The translations under genes were made by a program, and so were the position numbers. Under the pieces are notes generated by a model, which had not been told where the DNA came from, did no database searches, and worked only from the letters and a program-made list of their open reading frames with translations. A DNA stretch of 64,000 nucleotides from Chloroflexota bacterium (GTDB lineage Bacteria > Chloroflexota > Anaerolineae > Anaerolineales > VGOW01), in assembly GCA_016213135.1 (NCBI GenBank), contig JACRBQ010000028.1, positions 71,284 through 135,283 of the forward strand. Direction: 5' to 3'. This document shows, one piece after another, positions 9,578-18,259 of this stretch; positions within the stretch are counted from its first letter, which is position 1; every line of letters begins with the position of its first letter.

Positions 9578-10133
9578 ATGGACACCAAAATTCAACACGG
9601 TTACCTCGTTCTGGCGGATATTTCGGGCTACACCTCGTTTGTGGCGGCCACCGAACTGGAACACGCCCACGACATTCTCACCGAACTGCTGGAGTTGGTC
9701 CTCGGCCAACTCACGCCGACGCTCACACTCTCCAAGCTGGAAGGCGATGCGGTATTTGCCTATGCCCCCGAGGCCCGCCTCCCGCGTGGCGAGACGGTGC
9801 TGGAATTGGTCGAGGCTACCTATGTGGTCTTCCGTGACCGGCAGGAAGCCATTCGCCGCCGGACGACGTGCCAGTGCAACGCCTGCCGTTCCATCCCGGC
9901 CCTCGATCTCAAATTCATCGTTCACCATGGCGACTTCATCGCCCAGCGCGTGGCGGGCATTCACGAACTCGTCGGCTCCGATGTCAACCTGATCCACCGG
10001 CTGTCGAAGAACCACGTGGCCGAGGCCACCGGCTGGCGGGCCTACGCCATGTTTACCAAGGCCGGGCTGGCGCACATGGGTCTGCGCCCGGAGGGTATGC
10101 ACGAGCAGGCCGAAGCCTATGAGCATCTGGGCG
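9578..10133 (+). repeat. Direct repeat copy A (~556 bp), near-identical to 10741-11296
   Basis: Side-by-side reading shows only scattered single-base differences (e.g. caacacggt vs caacatggt; gagttggtc vs gagctggtc). Protein differs at about 3 of ~185 positions. Confidence 0.85.
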
Positions 10134-10699
10134 ATGTTCAAACGCACAGTATGGATTTGCGGGCGCGTTATCAAGAATTGACCGACGCGCGGCGCATCGT
10201 GGTGGCGGCAGAAGAGGCCGACCTAATCCTTACGCAGGAATTTTCTGCGCCGCCGCCCGCCGTCTGGGAGTGGCTGAATGATCCAAAGAGTCGCAACAAG
10301 TGGGCGCTTGATACAGTTTGGACGGTGGGCGGACGCCCGAACGGGCGCACCGGCATTGGGGCGCAAAACCACTGCGCGCATGGCAAAGGCAGCAGCTACA
10401 CCGAAACAGTTCTCGATTGGCGTCCCTTTGAATACGTGACCACGGAAGCGCGCGAGCACGGCTTTCCGCCGATGATTATTATCGAGACATTCCGCTTTGA
10501 GCCAACGCCGGACGGCAAAGGGACGCGCGTGACCGACTACCTTCGGATGCCCACGCCGTTGTCGCAGTGGCGGAGCGTCAGCCGCGCGTTGTGCAAGTTC
10601 ATGCTTGTTGGCATGATGAAATACGATCAAGTCTTGTCCGGCGCCGCGCGTTTGTTGGACGAGTCTGCGCAGGACATGGAGTCCGACGCTCGGCTTTGA
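9578..10699 (+). CDS. DUF2652-type cyclase-like plus SRPBCC fusion protein, paralog 2
   Basis: Start at ATG 9578 (MDTKIQHGYLVLADISGYT...), 14 nt after the paralog 1 stop. Same motif set (KLEGDAVFA, GSDVNLIHRL, TCQCNACR). Confidence 0.75.
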   Translation: MDTKIQHGYLVLADISGYTSFVAATELEHAHDILTELLELVLGQLTPTLTLSKLEGDAVFAYAPEARLPRGETVLELVEATYVVFRDRQEAIRRRTTCQCNACRSIPALDLKFIVHHGDFIAQRVAGIHELVGSDVNLIHRLSKNHVAEATGWRAYAMFTKAGLAHMGLRPEGMHEQAEAYEHLGDVQTHSMDLRARYQELTDARRIVVAAEEADLILTQEFSAPPPAVWEWLNDPKSRNKWALDTVWTVGGRPNGRTGIGAQNHCAHGKGSSYTETVLDWRPFEYVTTEAREHGFPPMIIIETFRFEPTPDGKGTRVTDYLRMPTPLSQWRSVSRALCKFMLVGMMKYDQVLSGAARLLDESAQDMESDARL

Positions 10700-10740
10700 A
10701 AGACGGCATGACCGGCGGCGCAGGCAGTGGGATGAGGCTT

Positions 10741-11296
10741 ATGGACACCAAAATTCAACATGGTTACCTCGTTCTGGCGGATATTTCGGGCTACACCTCG
10801 TTTGTGGCGGCCACCGAACTGGAACACGCCCACGACATTCTCACCGAACTGCTGGAGCTGGTCCTCGGCCAACTCACGCCGACGCTCACACTCTCCAAGC
10901 TGGAAGGCGATGCGGTATTTGTCTATGCCCCCGAGGCCCGCCTCCCGCGTGGCGAGACGGTGCTGGAATTGGTCGAGGCTACCTATGTGGCCTTCCGCGA
11001 CCGGCAGGAAGCCATTCGCCGCCGGACGACGTGCCAGTGCAACGCCTGCCGCTCCATCCCGGCCCTCGATCTCAAATTCATCGTTCACCATGGCGACTTC
11101 ATCGCCCAGCGCGTGGCGGGCATTCACGAACTCGTCGGCTCCGATGTCAACCTGATCCACCGGCTATCGAAGAACCACGTGGCCGAGGCCACCGGCTGGC
11201 GGGCCTACGCCATGTTTACCAAGGCCGGGCTGGCGCACATGGGTCTGCGCCCGGAGGGCATGCACGAGCAGACCGAAGCCTATGAGCATCTGGGGC
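10741..11296 (+). repeat. Direct repeat copy B (~556 bp), near-identical to 9578-10133
   Basis: See copy A. Identity starts exactly at the ATG and decays after ...tatgagcatctgg. Confidence 0.85.
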
Positions 11297-11838
11297 AGGT
11301 GCAAACCTACAGCCTCGACCTGCGCGCCCGCTATGCGGCGCTGGTGGACGCGCGGCGCGTAGTGGTCGCGCCCGAAGACGCGCACAACGTGCTGACGACC
11401 GACGTGCCCGCGCCCATGGCCGAGGTATGGAGTCTGTTGAACGAACCGCGGAATCGCGAAGAGTGGGAAGGAATCCACATCGTCCCGGTTTCCAAAGTCG
11501 GGGGCCGTACCGGCGCGGGTGCGCGCAGCCACTGCATGCACGGGGACAACGTTTCAATGGTCGAGACCGTGCTGGACTGGCGGCCCTTCGACTATTTCAC
11601 GGTGGAGCAAAACAGCCGCGGCATCCCCGGCATGATCATCAACATTACCTACAAGCTCACCCAAACGCCCACCGGCACACGCACCGAACGGCGCGAGCGT
11701 TGGATGGGATCAGGCTTCGGGCCGCTGTATAAGTTTCTCTGCTACTGGATGGACGTGATATTCGGGATAAAAAAGGGGTTTGAGCAGCGCCTCAAACAGT
11801 TAGCCGCTCAGGCGGACAAGCCCGAAACCGGAGGCTGA
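10741..11838 (+). CDS. DUF2652-type cyclase-like plus SRPBCC fusion protein, paralog 3
   Basis: Start at ATG 10741 (MDTKIQHGYLVLADISGYT...). The track start at 10567 overlaps paralog 2. N-terminal ~185 aa almost identical to paralog 2; C-terminal half diverged. Confidence 0.75.
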   Translation: MDTKIQHGYLVLADISGYTSFVAATELEHAHDILTELLELVLGQLTPTLTLSKLEGDAVFVYAPEARLPRGETVLELVEATYVAFRDRQEAIRRRTTCQCNACRSIPALDLKFIVHHGDFIAQRVAGIHELVGSDVNLIHRLSKNHVAEATGWRAYAMFTKAGLAHMGLRPEGMHEQTEAYEHLGQVQTYSLDLRARYAALVDARRVVVAPEDAHNVLTTDVPAPMAEVWSLLNEPRNREEWEGIHIVPVSKVGGRTGAGARSHCMHGDNVSMVETVLDWRPFDYFTVEQNSRGIPGMIINITYKLTQTPTGTRTERRERWMGSGFGPLYKFLCYWMDVIFGIKKGFEQRLKQLAAQADKPETGG

Positions 11839-11839
11839 A

Positions 11840-12625
11840 TCACCCGGCCGCCTCGGCGGCATAAAGCAGCACCCCGGCAGCCACCGCTAGATTCAGCGAA
11901 CTCACTTTGCCGTGCATGAGCAGGCGCACCGTTTGCCCGCAGGCCGCTAGTTGCTCCGCCGATAGCCCCTTCTGCTCGGACCCCATCAGTAAAATGAGCG
12001 GGCGCGAATAGTTCGCCGCGCGGTAATCAACGCTGCCGCGAGCCGACGTGCCAACCACCGCGTACCGGTGGCGCTCGGCCCACCCCGCAAACTCTGCAAA
12101 CGAAGCCGAGGCCACGGGCAGGTGAAACAAGGCCCCCATGCTGGCGCGCACCGCGCCGGGATGATACGGATCGGCCCCGCCTTCCAGCAACAGCAGCCCG
12201 CTCGCCCCCACCGCGTCCAACGTGCGCAGCACCGCGCCGATGTTGCCGGGGTCTTGCGGCGACACCAGCGCCACCCCCCAGGCAAACATCTCCGGCGAAA
12301 GATCGCTCAACCGCGCCGGGCGCTGCCGCAGCACGGCCAGCAAACCGCTGGGGTTGTCTTTCTCGGCAACGGAGGCGAAAGTTGCCGCATCCACTTCATG
12401 GCATGGCAGGCCGCGCGCCGATTCTCGCGCCACCAGCTCGCGGGCAAACGCGCTCGTCAGCAAGTCCGGCGCACACACCACGAACTCCACCCCGGCCTCG
12501 GCCTCCAGCGCCGCGGTCACGTGGCTAATGCCCTCCGCCACAAACAGGCCCGTGGCCTCGCGCTCCTTGCGCAGCCGCAACGAACGCACCAATTTAATTT
12601 TCGGGTTTGTGCGGCTGGTGATCAT
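11840..12625 (-). CDS. TrmH/SpoU-family RNA 2'-O-methyltransferase
   Basis: Track ORF trimmed to ATG at 12625 (MITSRTNPKIKLVRSLRLRKERE...). SpoU motifs GNIGAVLRT, LLMGSEQKGLS, SLNLAVAAGVLLY. Confidence 0.85.
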   Translation of the reverse strand: MITSRTNPKIKLVRSLRLRKEREATGLFVAEGISHVTAALEAEAGVEFVVCAPDLLTSAFARELVARESARGLPCHEVDAATFASVAEKDNPSGLLAVLRQRPARLSDLSPEMFAWGVALVSPQDPGNIGAVLRTLDAVGASGLLLLEGGADPYHPGAVRASMGALFHLPVASASFAEFAGWAERHRYAVVGTSARGSVDYRAANYSRPLILLMGSEQKGLSAEQLAACGQTVRLLMHGKVSSLNLAVAAGVLLYAAEAAG

Positions 12626-12635
12626 CGCCAACGAA

Positions 12636-13613
12636 TCACAGCAAAGCCAACAGCCTGGGCAACACGTCTTTGGGCTGCCCCACCACCGCTGCATCGGCCG
12701 CGTTGAAGATGGGCGCGCTGGCGTCCGGGTGAATCGCCACCACAAACTTCGCGCCTTCGGTTCCGGCGCGGTGCAGCGTGTCGCCCCAAATGCCGGCGGC
12801 AATGTAAACGTCCGGCGCAATCTCCGTGCCTATCACGCCCACAATATCCTCTTTGCCAATCCAACCCGAGTCGAATGCGGATCGATCCCCGGCGAAGTGC
12901 GCCCCGAGTTTCGCCGCGAGTAGCCTGGCGACTTCGACGGTGGCCGCATCGTTGCCCCCGCGACCCACGGCCACCACCCGGGCCGCTTTGTGCAGCGGCG
13001 TGGCCGGAGGCGTATGCGCGGCGGGACCTGTGTCCCGGCTGGGATGCTCCGGTTCCGATGCGGCCACTGGCTCCACCTCGCCCGTCCGGCCCGAGTCGCG
13101 CGCCGGCATGGGGAAAATCTCCGGGCGCACGGTGAAAATCTGCGGCTTGGCCGTCACGGCGCTGTCAAGATAATGCGCCCCATCGTAAACCGGGTGCGAG
13201 GCCACAACCTCCCGCGCCGCTTCATCCAGCCGCAGGGCAATGCAATTGAGCACCACGCCACCGTGCAACCGGCCCGCTAGCCGCGCCGCCACCTCGTTGC
13301 CCGTCTCGTCGGCGGCAAGGAACACAAATTCCGGTTTGGCATTGGCGAACAATGCGGCCAGTGTGGCTACTGCCGCGTCCGCGCCGGCGGCGGCCAGCGG
13401 ATGAACGCGGTCGGCGCCGAGGGCAATAGCCTCGCCCGAGTCGGCGGGGCCGACGTAATGCAAATACGCGCCGAGCGAATCGGCCATGCGGCGGGCCTCG
13501 CCCAACAACGGGGCGGCGCGCGCCGTGTTGCCCAGGTCCACTACCCACAGGTCGCGATACTCGTCGATTTCAATTGCTTCGCCCATCAGGGCTTGGAGGT
13601 CGTTGAGGTTCAT
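12636..13613 (-). CDS. etfA: Electron transfer flavoprotein alpha subunit
   Basis: 325 aa; C-terminal FAD-binding block (...YIAAGIWGDTLHRAGTEGAKFVVAIHPDASAPIFNAADAAVVG...). 4-nt overlap with etfB. Confidence 0.85.
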   Translation of the reverse strand: MNLNDLQALMGEAIEIDEYRDLWVVDLGNTARAAPLLGEARRMADSLGAYLHYVGPADSGEAIALGADRVHPLAAAGADAAVATLAALFANAKPEFVFLAADETGNEVAARLAGRLHGGVVLNCIALRLDEAAREVVASHPVYDGAHYLDSAVTAKPQIFTVRPEIFPMPARDSGRTGEVEPVAASEPEHPSRDTGPAAHTPPATPLHKAARVVAVGRGGNDAATVEVARLLAAKLGAHFAGDRSAFDSGWIGKEDIVGVIGTEIAPDVYIAAGIWGDTLHRAGTEGAKFVVAIHPDASAPIFNAADAAVVGQPKDVLPRLLALL

Positions 13614-14365
13614 GGAGTCATTCTCTCTGCGATTTCTTCCACCGTCATCTGCTTGCCAAATTCGCGCTCCGGCGGGAACGACTGGCCGCGCTCGACCACT
13701 GCCGGTTGCAGCGCCGAGTCGTCGAGGCCCAGGTCGGCGGCAGTCATAATCTCCACTGCTTCCGGGTCGCGATACATTTCAATGATCGCGCCGCCGTGCG
13801 GGTAGCGCGGGGTCGGGCCGCTGCGCGTGACGGTGACCACGGCGGGCAGGTCGGCTTCGACGCCGTTGTAGGCGCGTTGCGTTGCGTCGCGCACGTCTCG
13901 GCGGACGATGCGAACGACCGCGCCTTCCAACGCGCACTGCACCGCGTTACCCAGAAAAGCCATATTCACCATCTCGGCCAACTGTGGCCCCACGGCTTCG
14001 CCCGTGTCCAGCGCGCTGTCGCCGGTGAGGATCAAATCCACATCACCCAGGCTGTCGCACAGAGCTTCGTAGAAACGTCCCGCAGGGGCCGCAACGTCCT
14101 CCTTAATCAAAATCGCCCGATCCGCGCCCAGGGCGCGGGCTTCGCGCAGGGCGTCTTCGGTGCGGGCCGGGCCGACGGCAGCGGCCACCACCTCCGCGCC
14201 CGTGGCGTCTTTGATCTGCAGGGCTGCTTCCAGCGCCCGCTTGTCTGCCGGGTTGATCATGTATTCTTCGCGGTTCACAAACACCTTGCCCGCCTTGCGG
14301 TTCACCAGCATCCCGGCGGGGTCGAGGAGTTGTCTGAGGAGTACGAGGAGTCTCATGGCACGCAT
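13610..14365 (-). CDS. etfB: Electron transfer flavoprotein beta subunit
   Basis: Track ORF 13610..14422 trimmed to MRAMRLLVLLRQLLDP...; 14356 is an alternative start. Family-typical N-terminal strand and overall length. Confidence 0.8.
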   Translation of the reverse strand: MRAMRLLVLLRQLLDPAGMLVNRKAGKVFVNREEYMINPADKRALEAALQIKDATGAEVVAAAVGPARTEDALREARALGADRAILIKEDVAAPAGRFYEALCDSLGDVDLILTGDSALDTGEAVGPQLAEMVNMAFLGNAVQCALEGAVVRIVRRDVRDATQRAYNGVEADLPAVVTVTRSGPTPRYPHGGAIIEMYRDPEAVEIMTAADLGLDDSALQPAVVERGQSFPPEREFGKQMTVEEIAERMTP

Positions 14366-14422
14366 ACCCTTTGTTTCTTCGACAAGGCGACTCGATGGCA
14401 AGGTGATACGGTGATCGCTCAT

Positions 14423-14464
14423 TGAAACACTGTCACCTTGTCACCCGTTCACCGCTTCATGCCT
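14423..14464. repeat. Heptamer/octamer-periodic intergenic element (gtcacc-type) between an acyl-CoA dehydrogenase gene and etfB
   Basis: cattgaaacactgtcaccttgtcacccgttcaccgcttcatgcc. The complement carries five TGA (gtgaag, atgaag, gtgaac, gtgaca, gtgaca). Confidence 0.6.
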
Positions 14465-15631
14465 TCACGGTCTTATTCGCACGCCCACGCCCTGCATCAG
14501 CTCCGAGGCAATCACAATCCGCTGTATCTCGTTGGTGCCTTCGAAGATTTCCGAAATGCGGGCGTCGCGGAAGCCGCGTTCGATGGTGAAATCGCGGCTC
14601 AACCCCAGCGCGCCGTGGATTTGCAACGCGCGGTCGATGCAGCGCGAGGCGGTTTCGGAGCCGAGCAGTTTGCACATGCCCGCCTCTTTGATGAACGGGC
14701 GCCCGTTGTCTATGAGCCACGCGGTGCGATACACCAGCGCCCGCAGGGCCTCGATCTCGGCGGCCATGTCGGCAATCATGAATTGAATGGATTGCATGTG
14801 GGCTATCGGCCGGCCAAACTGCTGGCGCGTGCGCGCCCAACGGATGGACGCCTCCAGCGAGGCTTGCGCCCCGCCGAGCGTGGCCGCGCCCAGCGACGCG
14901 CGGCCAATGTCGAGGGCTTTCATGAACGTCACAAAACCCAATCCTATCTGTCCCACCACATTCTCGCGGGGCACGCGCACCTCGTCGAAATTGAGCAGCG
15001 AGGTGGGCGATCCGTGCAAGCCCATTTTGCTTTCGGGCTTGCCGGGCGTGTACCCGGCCCACTCGCGCTCCACGGCAAACACCGTGGCCCCGCCGCGCGC
15101 GCCCAGCGCCGGGTCGGTGAGGGCCAACACGTTGATCACGTCGGCGATGGGGCCGTTGGTGATCCACATCTTCTGCCCGTCGAGGATATACGAGTCGCCT
15201 TCGAGGGTGGCGCGCATCTGAATTCCGGCGGCGTCAGACCCGGCGTTCGGTTCGGTGAGAGCAAAGGCGGCAATCTTCCTGCCGCTGCACAGGTCGGGCA
15301 TGTATTTTTGCTGGAGGGCCTTGGAGCCGTCGAGGTACAGGCTCATGACGCCAATGCCGATGTGCGCGCCGATGATGGTAGCCACCGACGGGCACACGCG
15401 GTTCAGCTCCTCCATCATGATGCAGTAGCCCAACTCGCCCGCGCCCATGCCTCCGTATTCGCGGGGGAACGGCACGCCGAAGAAGCCCACGTCGCCCATG
15501 CGGCGGATCAACTCGGGCGGAACGACGCTGTCTTCGTCAATTTTTTTGGCGACGGGCGCAATTTCCTCGGTAATGAACTCGCGCAGCATCCGGCGCAGGG
15601 CATTGTATTCGGGGGGGAGGTCGTAGTTCAT
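14465..15631 (-). CDS. Acyl-CoA dehydrogenase
   Basis: 388 aa; ACAD signatures (AFALTEPNAGSDA, QIHGALG, IFEGTNEIQR). Confidence 0.9.
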   Translation of the reverse strand: MNYDLPPEYNALRRMLREFITEEIAPVAKKIDEDSVVPPELIRRMGDVGFFGVPFPREYGGMGAGELGYCIMMEELNRVCPSVATIIGAHIGIGVMSLYLDGSKALQQKYMPDLCSGRKIAAFALTEPNAGSDAAGIQMRATLEGDSYILDGQKMWITNGPIADVINVLALTDPALGARGGATVFAVEREWAGYTPGKPESKMGLHGSPTSLLNFDEVRVPRENVVGQIGLGFVTFMKALDIGRASLGAATLGGAQASLEASIRWARTRQQFGRPIAHMQSIQFMIADMAAEIEALRALVYRTAWLIDNGRPFIKEAGMCKLLGSETASRCIDRALQIHGALGLSRDFTIERGFRDARISEIFEGTNEIQRIVIASELMQGVGVRIRP

Positions 15632-15636
15632 TTTTA

Positions 15637-15702
15637 GTGGTCAATGGTCAGTGACCGGTGGCCAGTGATTTCTGCTCACCGTCCACTGGCCACTATCCAC
15701 TG
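15637..15702. repeat. Heptamer-periodic intergenic element with an internal 10-bp inverted repeat
   Basis: tggtcaa tggtcag tgaccgg tggccag tgatttc tgctcac cgtccac tggccac tatccac. GTGGCCAGTG (15658-15667) pairs with CACTGGCCAC (15684-15693). Confidence 0.8.
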
Positions 15703-16866
15703 TCATGGCTGGATGCGGAGTCCCTTTTCCTCGAACGCCGCCCGCGCGACGACGTATCGCTGAATTTCATCCGTGCCGCCGAGCAGGCGCAGGGCGCGCA
15801 CGTCGCGATAGTAGCGCGAGATGGCGTATTCGTCCGAGAAGCCGTAGCCGCCGTGCACTTGCAGCATTTTATTGGCGGCATCTTTGGCCACGCGCCCGCC
15901 GAAGTACTTGGCCATCGACGCGGCCCGGCCAAATTCCTGACCGCTGCCTGCCAGCCACGCAGCATGGCGCACCAGCCCGCGCAGGGCTTCAATGTCGGTG
16001 GCGGTGTCGGCCACGTAGTTTTGCATGGCCTGCTTGTGGGCAATCTGCACGCCGAACTGTTTGCGCTCGGCGGCGAAGGTCACCCCGAGAGCCAGTGCGG
16101 TTTGGGCCGCGCCCAGGGCCACGGCGGCCAGCGTGAGCCGCACGCGGTCAAAGGCTCGCACTACAATCGCCCAGCCCTCGTTCTCGCCGTTGAGGCGGTT
16201 GGCTTCGGGCACAAAGCAATCTTCAAGATATACGGTGCGAATGTCCATGCCGCGCAGGCCGAGAGTCTTTTCGCGGTAGCCGATCATCACGCCGGGGGCG
16301 TCATTCGCCACCACAAACGCGGAGATGCCCTTGTGCCGCGCTCCGGGGTGGGTGCTGGCGAACACCACCATCACCCCGCCGAGGCCGGCGTTGCTCACCC
16401 AATTCTTCGTGCCGTTCAGCCGGTAGCCGCCCTCAACTTTGTCGGCCCGGGTCGTCAACGAACCGGGGTCGGACCCGGCGTCCGGCTCGGTGAGGGCAAA
16501 CGCCCCAATGACCTCCCCGGCGGCCATGGCCGGCAGATGCTTCTGCTTCTGCTCCTCGGTGCCCACGTCCAAAATCGACATGGCCGCGAGGCTGGTGTGG
16601 ATGGCGATGGTGACGGCGGTGGAGAGGCAGTGCTTGCCCAACTCTTCGGCCAGCAGGGTGTAGCTCAGCCAGTCGATGCCTACGCCGCCGTAAGCCTCGG
16701 GAATGGGTGCGCCGAAGAAGCCCTGCGCCGCCGCCTTTTTGTACAGGTCGAGCGGCGGCTCCTCGCTGCGATCCACGTGCTCGGCGATCTTGGCGACCTC
16801 CTTTTCGGCAAAGTCGCGGAACAAATCGCGAAACATGGTTTGTTCTTCGGTCAGAGAAAAGTCCAT
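15703..16866 (-). CDS. Acyl-CoA dehydrogenase
   Basis: 387 aa; ACAD signatures (AFALTEPDAGSDP, QVHGGYGF, LLGGTDEIQR). Confidence 0.9.
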   Translation of the reverse strand: MDFSLTEEQTMFRDLFRDFAEKEVAKIAEHVDRSEEPPLDLYKKAAAQGFFGAPIPEAYGGVGIDWLSYTLLAEELGKHCLSTAVTIAIHTSLAAMSILDVGTEEQKQKHLPAMAAGEVIGAFALTEPDAGSDPGSLTTRADKVEGGYRLNGTKNWVSNAGLGGVMVVFASTHPGARHKGISAFVVANDAPGVMIGYREKTLGLRGMDIRTVYLEDCFVPEANRLNGENEGWAIVVRAFDRVRLTLAAVALGAAQTALALGVTFAAERKQFGVQIAHKQAMQNYVADTATDIEALRGLVRHAAWLAGSGQEFGRAASMAKYFGGRVAKDAANKMLQVHGGYGFSDEYAISRYYRDVRALRLLGGTDEIQRYVVARAAFEEKGLRIQP

Positions 16867-16940
16867 GAGTGCTCCTGATAGCGATAGCTTGCCGCACTCC
16901 CGGCGGCAAAAAGCTTATCGCGAAATCCGCCGACAGTGCT

Positions 16941-17345
16941 TCACCCCGTATCCTTCTTCTCTTTTTCTTCCTTCAACTTCCCCAACTCTTTCTCTAACTC
17001 TTCTTTCTCTTTCTTCAACTGTTCCACCTCGGCCTGCGCCTCGGCAGCCACCACCGCGGGCTTCTTCGCCTCTTGCCCCCAAACGCTGATGTTGTCGCTC
17101 GTGGGCGAGGGCAGATAACTGCCGTAGACGAACCACCAAACGCCCACGATTATGGCGGCCACGGCCACCGACGCCCCCACCGTGAGCCATTGGCTGAAGA
17201 ACCACGCGTAGATGAACAGAAACAACGCGGCCGGGTACAGCAGAAACCAGTTCGCCACGGCGCGGCGCTTAGGCTCCACCCGCAGCCAAAAGAAGGCGAC
17301 GACGAGGAGCAGGGCAGAGAGGGGGAGGAGGGTGGAGAAGGTCAT
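16941..17345 (-). CDS. Hypothetical membrane protein with a charged coiled-coil C-terminus
   Basis: 134 aa; three hydrophobic helices, then EAQAEVEQLKKEKEELEKELGKLKEEKEKK. I recognise no family. Confidence 0.5.
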   Translation of the reverse strand: MTFSTLLPLSALLLVVAFFWLRVEPKRRAVANWFLLYPAALFLFIYAWFFSQWLTVGASVAVAAIIVGVWWFVYGSYLPSPTSDNISVWGQEAKKPAVVAAEAQAEVEQLKKEKEELEKELGKLKEEKEKKDTG

Positions 17346-17437
17346 GGAGGTGGGAGGTCAGAGGTCAGAGGTGGGAGGTGAGGCCTGGTCACTTTGCCCT
17401 CCACCCTCCACGCTCCACCCTCCACACTTCACATTTG
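17346..17437. repeat. Heptamer-periodic intergenic element with G-rich and C-rich halves (imperfect dyad)
   Basis: ggaggtg ggaggtc agaggtc agaggtg ggaggtg aggcctg gtcactt tgccctc caccctc cacgctc caccctc cacactt cacattt. Confidence 0.8.
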
Positions 17438-18244
17438 TCACTTATCCTTGAACACCGGTTGCCTCTTGCTCAGAAACGCCGTGATGCCTTCCTTGGCGTC
17501 TTCGGTGCCGACCAGCCGGGCCACATTGGCAGCCTCCACCGCCAGCCCGTCGGCCAACGATGCGTCCCGGCCTTTGCCAATGGAGTCCAGCGCCGCGGCA
17601 ATGGTCACTGCCCCCTTGCTGACGATTTTCCTGGCGAGGTCTTTGGCGGTCTTCAGCACTTCGCCCGCCGGCACCACCTTGTTGACCAGGTTGAGCCGGT
17701 AGGCTTCCTGCGCGGTGAAGGTGTCGCCGGTGAGGATCCACTCGGCGGCCTTGGCCGGGCCTACAATGCGCGGCAGCCGTTGTGTGCCGCCCCAGCCGGG
17801 GATGATGCCCAGGCTGATCTCCGGTTGACCCAGCCGCACCCGGTCGCCCGCAATACGCATGTGGCAGGCCATCGCCAGTTCCAGGCCGCCGCCGAGGGCC
17901 ACACCGTTGATGGCGGCGATGAACGGCTTGGGACTGTTTTCAATCTTGGTGAATGTCGATTGCCCGCGCGCGATAAACTCCCGCGCGGCATTGATGGCGG
18001 CGTCGACCGAGCCGAGCTTGATGAAGTCGTTGAACTCGTTGATGTCGGCCCCGGCCACAAAGGCCATTTGCCCGCCGCCGGTGATCACCGCCGCCTTCAC
18101 CGCCGGGTCGGCCAGCACCTCGTCCACCGCTTCGCCTAACTCGATCATTGTGGTGCGGTCCAGCGCGTTCACGGGCGCGTGGTCAATGGTGATGACCGCC
18201 ACGCGATCTTCGATACTGATTTTGATGAATTGTCGCTCTGTCAT
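17438..18244 (-). CDS. Enoyl-CoA hydratase/isomerase (crotonase) family protein
   Basis: Track ORF trimmed to ATG at 18244 (MTERQFIKISIEDRVAVITIDHAPVNAL...). Crotonase motifs (FVAGADI, ALGGGLELAMACH). The longer N-terminus would translate the tandem repeat. Confidence 0.9.
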   Translation of the reverse strand: MTERQFIKISIEDRVAVITIDHAPVNALDRTTMIELGEAVDEVLADPAVKAAVITGGGQMAFVAGADINEFNDFIKLGSVDAAINAAREFIARGQSTFTKIENSPKPFIAAINGVALGGGLELAMACHMRIAGDRVRLGQPEISLGIIPGWGGTQRLPRIVGPAKAAEWILTGDTFTAQEAYRLNLVNKVVPAGEVLKTAKDLARKIVSKGAVTIAAALDSIGKGRDASLADGLAVEAANVARLVGTEDAKEGITAFLSKRQPVFKDK

Positions 18245-18259
18245 GGTTGTTCTCCCGTG

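Noticed and set aside
10567-10740. Upstream extension of the third DUF2652 paralog, and similarly 9548..9577 for the second and 8377..8457 for the first
   Set aside because: The extensions overlap the preceding paralog or lack similarity among copies. All three paralogs align from a shared M-x-x-K-x-Q-x-GY N-terminus.
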